Shown: positions 57,858 through 64,000 of the stretch, one piece after another
Layout: each line of letters opens with the position of its first letter
Position numbering within the stretch: position 1 is the stretch's first letter
Source of the DNA: a virus
Taxonomy: Duplodnaviria; Caudoviricetes
Length of the DNA stretch: 64,000 nucleotides
Reading direction: 5' to 3' (one strand)
Virus record (IMG/VR): IMGVR_UViG_3300024297_000001
The notes under the pieces: generated by a model
The model's database searches: none
The model's input: only the letters and a program-made list of their open reading frames with translations
What the model was told of the DNA's origin: nothing
Translations under genes and position numbers: made by a program

Positions 57858-58091
57858 TTAAGTCCTCCTATACATCTTCTTTTTATTTGGCTTGTACTTA
57901 GGCTTCTTGCCTTGAGTGAACAAAACGTATGTTCTCCAAGCCTCGCTTTTGTTGTTATAAAGATCACGTTCGTCAAAGCGATAAGAACGTCCGTAACCCG
58001 TTACCCAAGAAGTCTTTGAACAAAAGTCCTTGAATTTCTCGAGATCAGTGAACACCTGCTCATAGGCTTCACGATTAAATTTGAGTGACAT
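57858..58091 (-). CDS. Hypothetical protein
   Basis: 77 aa, SD AGGA. Confidence 0.6.
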   Translation of the reverse strand: MSLKFNREAYEQVFTDLEKFKDFCSKTSWVTGYGRSYRFDERDLYNNKSEAWRTYVLFTQGKKPKYKPNKKKMYRRT

Positions 58092-58103
58092 CGCATTTTT
58101 CCT

Positions 58104-58544
58104 CTATCTTGCATACTCAATATGGGCACCGTTTTCTCCATCTTCACTTACGTCAATATGGACTTCACGGCCTGGGTGTTTAGCATTGATCTCTTTGTAA
58201 AGATCATCTGCCATCATTTCACAACTCTTATAATCTAACTCTAATGTTTTCTCCTCATAAAGTTTTTCTAACCATCTTTTAAATTGTATAAACTCGATAT
58301 CTCTATCATTGTGTGTAACTGTGATTGCTACCTTAAAATGAAAGATGTGTCTGTGTGGATATCCTAAGAAACTAACATCATACTCATCACCTGTTGCAAG
58401 TGCTGGATCATCTAATGCCGCCGGATACTTGTGAATACCTTCCTTACGGAAAGTTACCCAAATCATTCGTTTTGCTGTATTCATAATTCTTGCCTTGTTG
58501 TCTTTATCTGATTGTTCTTTAATTAACTGATCTGTCATACTCAT
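58104..58544 (-). CDS. QueD-like T-fold protein with LxxxHRHxF motif (DpdL-like candidate)
   Basis: FLGYPHRHIFHFKV, DIEFIQFK, SCEM, VSEDGENGA; lacks the canonical QueD CxxxHGH. Confidence 0.7.
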   Translation of the reverse strand: MSMTDQLIKEQSDKDNKARIMNTAKRMIWVTFRKEGIHKYPAALDDPALATGDEYDVSFLGYPHRHIFHFKVAITVTHNDRDIEFIQFKRWLEKLYEEKTLELDYKSCEMMADDLYKEINAKHPGREVHIDVSEDGENGAHIEYAR

Positions 58545-59773
58545 ATTATAAAGCCTTTCGCCTCATTTGTCAATGGTTTTTCTTGATTTATTTTGGTTAC
58601 CAAGTCATCGAATACGTTCAAAATATAATCTGTTTCGACTTTCTTAGTTTCATAAAAACTACAAAATTTAATTGTAGTTGTCGAGTATTGCCAAATACCG
58701 CAGTTATTTAGGAATGCTCGAATTTCGTTTAGTGTCTTTACGTCTCTACCTTTGTCCATTTTACAATTTAAGAAACTGTTTTTATATGATACATCAAAAG
58801 TTTCTACCTGTTCAAGTATCTCTGCAAGTTGCACCAAAAATTTTGTAACTTGATTTGTTACGTTAAACATCAATTTATTTTTATCACAGTATTCAAGTGC
58901 GGCCACTACCGCAGTTGCTCCTACAGGATCTTGGCTACGTGAGTTACCAACTGCTATAGGCAATGCCCAACCTGTGTCTGTTGGCTTTGAAATCTTATCA
59001 TACATCTCTTTTGAAAGGCAAGTGATTGCAAAAGAACTAAATCCACCTGCAAGTGCTTTACCAAAACAAGCAATGTCAGGTTGTAGATTACGTTCCATGC
59101 TATGTGCGAAACTACCAAATCTATACATACCTGTAAATATTTCGTCAGCAATAATTTTATAATCGTATTTGAATTTACCTTGTTTAATTTTCTTAATAAG
59201 TTCATCGGACATTTCACTAACACCGTTAAACCAACTTACAGTATCACACAATACGGCACAAATGTTTCCTTGGTGTTTTTCTAATACAGTTGTAAAGTCA
59301 TCATCATAAAAGTCTACATACTCTACATCAGGAAGGTGTGTACTCCAACCTCTGTAATCACTCATTGCCCAACCACTTAAACTTCCGCTATGGAAACTTC
59401 CTTTACGTACAAGTACTTTGTTTTTCTTTTTATTGTTGTAGTATTGGAAACAAAACTTTAGTGCATTGTCTGTTGCATCACTTCCGCTATGTGCTGGAAT
59501 GAATGCAAAATAATCTGGAAGTTTCTTTTGTAATATATCTTCTAACTTTGTCCATATCTCAGGTTTAGCATTCCAATCGTTGCTTGGCCAAACTCTATGT
59601 GCATGAGAAATATGATATTGTATGTATTCGTTGTTAAAGCCTAATACGTTGCAACCTTTACCTGCACTAATGTCATAGTAGTTCTTTCCTTCCGAATCAA
59701 TAAACCTTCCGTTAAAACTCGTAACAGTAGGCATTGTGTCAGTTGGATCGCAAAAACTATGCAGTAGTTTCAT
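58541..59773 (-). CDS. Class III PLP aminotransferase
   Basis: YYDISAG...LG, SFHSGS, IADEIFTGMYRFG, PDIACFGKALAGG. Confidence 0.9.
   Translation of the reverse strand: MKLLHSFCDPTDTMPTVTSFNGRFIDSEGKNYYDISAGKGCNVLGFNNEYIQYHISHAHRVWPSNDWNAKPEIWTKLEDILQKKLPDYFAFIPAHSGSDATDNALKFCFQYYNNKKKNKVLVRKGSFHSGSLSGWAMSDYRGWSTHLPDVEYVDFYDDDFTTVLEKHQGNICAVLCDTVSWFNGVSEMSDELIKKIKQGKFKYDYKIIADEIFTGMYRFGSFAHSMERNLQPDIACFGKALAGGFSSFAITCLSKEMYDKISKPTDTGWALPIAVGNSRSQDPVGATAVVAALEYCDKNKLMFNVTNQVTKFLVQLAEILEQVETFDVSYKNSFLNCKMDKGRDVKTLNEIRAFLNNCGIWQYSTTTIKFCSFYETKKVETDYILNVFDDLVTKINQEKPLTNEAKGFII
58545..58573 (-). promoter_or_regulatory. sigma70-type promoter in the 3' end of the aminotransferase; predicted +1 is the A of ATG 58538
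   Basis: TTGACA-17 nt-TATAAT-atgagt-ATG. Confidence 0.85.
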
Positions 59774-60280
59774 TTAGTCCTCCGAGGGGCTATCGTCGCC
59801 GTACTTTGACCAATCTGTAAATTTATCCCATTGTAGTAACGGGTGAACTTGATGTACCCATACACCTGGATTAGAATGATCAAAATCAGCATCGTCAATC
59901 TTAATACAAGCATTGTAGTTAAGTTGTTTTACGTATGGTAGTTTAACACTAATCATACTAATAAAATTATGTCTTTCATTGTAACCTGTTTCAAGTACCC
60001 AGTCATGATACTTTGCATCATAGTCAAGTGTTACAAGATATTTCTTGTCAAGCAATCCAAACACAAGATCGTCCCAACTTTCTTTAGGAACAAAACTATG
60101 ATTAGCACCTAAGTAAATATGATCTACTACGTGTTTCTTTGCTTGTGCTAATACATCTTCTAATGGTTGACAACCTGTAACAAACAATGTGTCCATACCT
60201 TCAGCAGGAGTTTTTTCAACTTCATAACCTGTAAAGTAGATTACATCATCTTTTACGCCATCTGCATATTGTCTTTCCAT
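59774..60280 (-). CDS. Hypothetical protein directly downstream of dpdA
   Basis: Start reassigned to MERQ (SD GAGGA); motifs EVEKTP..G..TLFV and HIYLGANHSF. Confidence 0.7.
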   Translation of the reverse strand: MERQYADGVKDDVIYFTGYEVEKTPAEGMDTLFVTGCQPLEDVLAQAKKHVVDHIYLGANHSFVPKESWDDLVFGLLDKKYLVTLDYDAKYHDWVLETGYNERHNFISMISVKLPYVKQLNYNACIKIDDADFDHSNPGVWVHQVHPLLQWDKFTDWSKYGDDSPSED

Positions 60281-60281
60281 A

Positions 60282-61742
60282 TTATTCCTCTGTAAATAAA
60301 TTGCCAAACTGTGTTTGTGCGTTTACTGTTTTCTTTCCTGTTGCGCCACGTGTTCCAATAATTGACATCCAGAACTTACTATAATGTTCAATTACTGCGT
60401 TCGCTTCATCTCTGCTGTCTGTTGCAAATATTGCCTCCACAACATCTCTAAAAAATAACCTGTCGAACCGTTCCTCCACAAGCATGTTCGGAATGACTCC
60501 ATTGTCGTATTGTCTATTTGCTTCTTGTACTGCATTAATATGACTCCATACATTATGACCCATCTGGATCGCATATGAAAAACTATCCCAAGATGTTTTT
60601 CCTTCTTTGCCTATTTTGTTCAAGTCACCTTGTGCATACTTACAAATGTCTTGTGCAGTTAGTCCTGTTGTAATAGGCGAATCTTTAAAACTTGTATGCT
60701 TACCTTCTCTAACAAATGCTTGACTGAATGGCGTTGTATCAGTTGCTAATCCTTTATCATCAATGCTTGGCACCATTCTGTAAACCCATTTCTTACGATC
60801 TAATGTTTCAAGTTCGCAATAAATTTGTCCATTAGCAGTTGCTAAGAACGGACTTGCACAATCAAACGTAATCATAAAGTTTGGATTATGATACTTACGT
60901 ACTGCTCTTTGTATATCTGTAAGTAGTGTTGCCCACTCTAATTTACTTGTACCTAAGAAGTGCATTACATCATGTACGCCTTTCTCAAGTAGTCCATCAA
61001 ATCTAAGTGCAACAAGTCTTTTAAGAACAAGATGAATATCACACATATTCTGTCCACCCATACTCCAACCATTAAAGTGTGTGCCAGGATACTTAACTGG
61101 ATCACAATAGTCTTTCATTTGCTGATACCAATCTTCTGCGTCAGCATGATTTTCACCTTGTAATACATTTAAGAATTTACAAGCACCACTTCTATGTTTC
61201 ATAAAGTAGTCATTGTTAATACGTGTAGCATTAACGGCATCTTGATAATTGTCAATTCCAGTTGCTTTAGCACCTTCGGGAGACCGTGCTACCCAAGCCG
61301 GAATATCAAGTATCATTCCATAGTCCATATATGCGTCCATCCATCTAAGAACTTGTTCACGTTTCTTTTGTGCTTTAGGACAATTAGGATTCTTCCAATC
61401 GCCTTCCCATACACCTTTACCTATCTGGAAACCACCACTGTCACCTAACAACCAAGAAGTGTTACGATCTCTATCTCGTACCATATCTTCTTTGGGTGCG
61501 TCCTTGTTAATATCAAGTTCGGCGTGACCTGCGGAATACAAACTCCATTGATACTCAAACAACGACTTACTCGGATTAAGCCAGTTCATGCTCTCAACAC
61601 CATTTGTAAAGTGTTTAGGTATACGATTATATTCTACGTACTCCTCACGTCTTTGCTTACCTACAAAGGTTGCAAAGAAGCCACTCAGTGCTGGCAAGAA
61701 AGTTGCGTAATCTTTTTGTGCAGTTGTTAAGTTAGTATTCAA
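60282..61742 (-). CDS. dpdA: DNA-guanine transglycosylase (DpdA, probably DpdA2-type)
   Basis: TGT motif GDSGGFQ, ILDIP, NVLQG, WSMGG, MHFLG, TFDCASP; TTG start; clustered with folE/queE/yhhQ. Confidence 0.8.
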   Translation of the reverse strand: MNTNLTTAQKDYATFLPALSGFFATFVGKQRREEYVEYNRIPKHFTNGVESMNWLNPSKSLFEYQWSLYSAGHAELDINKDAPKEDMVRDRDRNTSWLLGDSGGFQIGKGVWEGDWKNPNCPKAQKKREQVLRWMDAYMDYGMILDIPAWVARSPEGAKATGIDNYQDAVNATRINNDYFMKHRSGACKFLNVLQGENHADAEDWYQQMKDYCDPVKYPGTHFNGWSMGGQNMCDIHLVLKRLVALRFDGLLEKGVHDVMHFLGTSKLEWATLLTDIQRAVRKYHNPNFMITFDCASPFLATANGQIYCELETLDRKKWVYRMVPSIDDKGLATDTTPFSQAFVREGKHTSFKDSPITTGLTAQDICKYAQGDLNKIGKEGKTSWDSFSYAIQMGHNVWSHINAVQEANRQYDNGVIPNMLVEERFDRLFFRDVVEAIFATDSRDEANAVIEHYSKFWMSIIGTRGATGKKTVNAQTQFGNLFTEE

Positions 61743-61940
61743 TTAAATGTCCGTCCTTACAATATGTTTTCTAAGGGCTCTAACAAGTTCTTCGATCTTG
61801 TCTACTACAGATATCATATCTTTGTCTGTAATATACTTTTGTTTCTCTCTCAACTTGTCATACTCCTTAAGTGGTATGGTTACTGTGCTACCTTCATTTT
61901 CAAACGATCTATCGTCATCTCTTTCATCAACACTTGTCAT
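61743..61940 (-). CDS. Hypothetical protein
   Basis: 65 aa, SD AAGGA. Confidence 0.65.
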   Translation of the reverse strand: MTSVDERDDDRSFENEGSTVTIPLKEYDKLREKQKYITDKDMISVVDKIEELVRALRKHIVRTDI

Positions 61941-61947
61941 AAAGTCC

Positions 61948-62676
61948 TTATTTTGTTTGAGCTGGAAGAATATAATTATATTCTGCTAATCCAGAATCAA
62001 CGGTTAATTGCATTGCACCTTGATCTGAAATACTCATTGTTACTTTGCCGTCCAAGTTCAAGATTGCTTGTACTTGTGCTACAGGCCATGCCCATGCATG
62101 TTTCAAACTACCTGTTACATCTGTTTGGAATACAAACGAACCTGCGTGTTGTGAAGCATCACCGAAACTAAACACAAGGTTAGTACCTTCTGTTCTTACT
62201 GTAAATACAGTTTCTTCTGCGTGTGCCATGCTCTGAAACTTCATTCTTTGAATTGAAGCCATGCTTGGTTCTACAACAACGTCCCACGATGCACCTTTAA
62301 ACTTTACAGTTTTAAGTTTCTCATCAATGATTTGTTTATTCATAAACCTATAATCATTTTCAAAGTCACCTGCTTCGTTCTCAAAGTGAATATGAGTTGG
62401 AACAGTTTCACCATTGCGTTCTGCTTGTTCAACACTAACTTTTGCGTTAGTTTGATACTCAGGACACTTAAGGTGTAATGCTAATTTGTCTAAGTTAGGC
62501 ATACCAAATGTACCAGCAAATTCTGCCACTGGGTTTTTAGTCTGCGAACTTAAAATTACAGATCTATCTTCTGCCATCGATTCAATAGTAGTATCTGCTT
62601 CGCTCGTTACTTTTACAATGTTAAGAAATCCTAACGAATGTGTATGAGCAACGATATCTTGTAAAATGTCTTTCAT
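61948..62676 (-). CDS. Sliding clamp (T4 gp45-like)
   Basis: 242 aa two-repeat alpha/beta pattern, G.FG..NL..L motif, C-terminal Y.ILPA; own early promoter; assignment from recall of T4-like clamps. Confidence 0.6.
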   Translation of the reverse strand: MKDILQDIVAHTHSLGFLNIVKVTSEADTTIESMAEDRSVILSSQTKNPVAEFAGTFGMPNLDKLALHLKCPEYQTNAKVSVEQAERNGETVPTHIHFENEAGDFENDYRFMNKQIIDEKLKTVKFKGASWDVVVEPSMASIQRMKFQSMAHAEETVFTVRTEGTNLVFSFGDASQHAGSFVFQTDVTGSLKHAWAWPVAQVQAILNLDGKVTMSISDQGAMQLTVDSGLAEYNYILPAQTK

Positions 62677-62700
62677 GTTTTTTAGTCTCCTATTTTAACT

Positions 62701-62729
62701 ATTATACTTACAAAATTATGATTTGTCAA
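62701..62729 (-). promoter_or_regulatory. sigma70-type early promoter overlapping the end of the epimerase
   Basis: TTGACA-17 nt-TATAAT. Confidence 0.85.
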
Positions 62730-63453
62730 GTGCTTTTTCCTGGCTGACGAATTCTAATGCATCAATTTTTGATTTCCAACCAATTGATGATAAATGACTA
62801 ATGTCTGCGACATTGTCTTTACGTTCATGCTCGTCACCGTTTCTTTCTTCATAATTTTCTAAGCCTACTGCTTTGCAGTAATCCGATAAAGGTCTTGACG
62901 TACCCGTTCCTACATCAATTACTCCTGTTAAATCACTTTCTAACAATTGAGTAACTGCTCTACACACATCAGATATATGTATAAAATCTCTTTTATGATC
63001 TACATTAATAAATGTAACTTCATTGTTTAATAATTTTGGTACAAACATATAGTCTCTACCTGCTCCACCAATTACAGTTGTAAATCTCATACCTAAACTA
63101 TCTTCAGGTGCAATACGTTCTACAACATATTTTGACATTGCATATGGATTTCTTTGTGGCTCTTTTGCAGTGCTTGAACTTGCATATAAGATCCTTGCAT
63201 TTGGAAATGCTTTAAACAATCTATTTGATGCAACAACATTATTATCAAAATATTCTTGCGGAACTTCAAGGCTTTTTCTTACACCACTCATTGCCGCTAA
63301 ATGAACTACTGCATCTACTTGATAATTTAACTCACAGTCAAGTAAGTCATTGCCAGACTTAATGTCAATTGGTATTACGGTATGCATACCTGCCCAATAC
63401 TTCTTAAGTACTGAACCTATCATTCCGTCACTACCTGTTAGTAATATTCTCAT
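62716..63453 (-). CDS. NAD-dependent epimerase/dehydratase
   Basis: TGSDGMIG, VVHLAA, YASSS, YAMSK, RDFIHISD. Confidence 0.9.
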   Translation of the reverse strand: MRILLTGSDGMIGSVLKKYWAGMHTVIPIDIKSGNDLLDCELNYQVDAVVHLAAMSGVRKSLEVPQEYFDNNVVASNRLFKAFPNARILYASSSTAKEPQRNPYAMSKYVVERIAPEDSLGMRFTTVIGGAGRDYMFVPKLLNNEVTFINVDHKRDFIHISDVCRAVTQLLESDLTGVIDVGTGTSRPLSDYCKAVGLENYEERNGDEHERKDNVADISHLSSIGWKSKIDALEFVSQEKALDKS

Positions 63454-63851
63454 TATGTTATTTCCTCCTCGATGTATCTTTTTAATTCATGGTCTTGTAC
63501 ATCGTTTGGTATATTATTTTTATAAAAGATCTGATAACTATCCGAACCATACTTGCCTACGCCATATAGTTTAGTAGCATCTTCTCCGTCCCAATTTAAA
63601 AAGTCTTTTGACATTTGTCTAATTGTGTTTTCACGTCTATTATAAAAGCCTAAACTCTTAATAACTTCTATTACAGTTTTCCTATCGCTTTTTAAATACT
63701 TTTGTGGAGTAGGCCATTTGTCAAAGAACTCTGGTAATACTCTTTTAACCTGTACCCTACCTGTTTGATTCAAACAAATAACACCTACAAAGTGTTGCCA
63801 TAAGTTAGCAACCTGTTGTTGTACCATTAAATCAGGATCCATTATTTTCAT
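63453..63851 (-). CDS. Minimal HhH-GPD DNA glycosylase (MBD4-like)
   Basis: VICLNQT, FFDKWPTP, LGFYNRR, LYGVGKYGSDSY, DHEL..Y. Confidence 0.8.
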   Translation of the reverse strand: MKIMDPDLMVQQQVANLWQHFVGVICLNQTGRVQVKRVLPEFFDKWPTPQKYLKSDRKTVIEVIKSLGFYNRRENTIRQMSKDFLNWDGEDATKLYGVGKYGSDSYQIFYKNNIPNDVQDHELKRYIEEEIT

Positions 63852-64000
63852 TTATTCTTCCTCATAAAAAAATACATCATAACCTTTGCCACGTGTGTCG
63901 CCACCGCCGTTATCAAGTTCATGTTCTCCATATGTTACACGTTCTAATATTTCTTCGTCATTGGGCATTGTGCTTGAATAAAACTTAAACTTATTAATAT
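63852..64000 (-). CDS. Partial ORF (3' end only)
   Basis: ...INKFKFYSSTMPNDEEILERVTYGEHELDNGGGDTRGKGYDVFFYEEE*; open to the window edge. Confidence 0.55.
   Translation of the reverse strand, partial: INKFKFYSSTMPNDEEILERVTYGEHELDNGGGDTRGKGYDVFFYEEE

Noticed and set aside
57858-58103. preQ1 riboswitch upstream of yhhQ
   Set aside because: yhhQ directly follows an upstream ORF with no leader space, and no stem/A-rich tail pattern was seen
60282-61742. Host-like tRNA-guanine transglycosylase (tgt) for queuosine
   Set aside because: Lacks the C-terminal Zn-binding CxCxxC...H of bacterial Tgt, is divergent outside DSGGFQ, and there is no queA/queG; fits DpdA better
1-64000. tRNA, rRNA, CRISPR arrays, introns/inteins, transposases
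   Set aside because: Intergenic gaps are all under about 150 bp with no cloverleaf or repeat-spacer pattern; enzymes show no splicing-element insertions
1-64000. Stop-codon reassignment, as seen in some large phages
   Set aside because: Genes are intact under the standard code; TAA, TAG and TGA all end genes at coupled junctions, and short enzymes have proper downstream starts rather than in-frame continuation

Overview
AT-rich, densely coding 64 kb segment of a large tailed dsDNA phage (T4-like/jumbo-type, inferred from gene content and promoters; the host cannot be assigned). It has four parts. (1) 1-15205 (+): the 5'-truncated end of a giant structural protein (>2650 aa), a baseplate-type protein, three paralogous tail fibres and one more tail protein. 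(2) 15232-39803: a 24.5 kb enzyme island in five alternating-strand cassettes, with 8 radical SAM/SPASM-twitch proteins, about 5 glycosyltransferase-like proteins, 3 2OG-Fe(II) oxygenases, 2 NDP-sugar dehydrogenases, 2 SDRs, an amidinotransferase, a DegT aminotransferase, a methyltransferase, an APH-like kinase and a GNAT. It lies between structural genes and is driven by T4-late-type TAAATA boxes. (3) 39800-51113 (-): a fibre-like protein, a MoxR AAA/vWA-metallopeptidase pair, thermonuclease, RNase H-like 5' nuclease, oxygenases and hypotheticals. (4) 51115-64000 (-): a 7-deazaguanine DNA-modification island (queE, folE, QueD/DpdL-like T-fold, yhhQ, dpdA) that also contains a GT-B glycosyltransferase, a class-III aminotransferase, PRTase, HIT, oxygenase and cupin, followed by a sliding clamp, an epimerase and an MBD4-like glycosylase. 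Six near-perfect sigma70 promoters and about ten late-type TAAATA boxes were read directly from the sequence. At four cassette starts the late box lies exactly 5 nt before the ATG, which predicts leaderless late mRNAs. The best candidates for undescribed systems are a virion-glycan/aminosugar tailoring factory (part 2) and a possibly glycosylated or otherwise hypermodified 7-deazaguanine (part 4). All functional calls come from motifs recognised by eye; no database searches were run. No tRNA, rRNA or CRISPR was seen.
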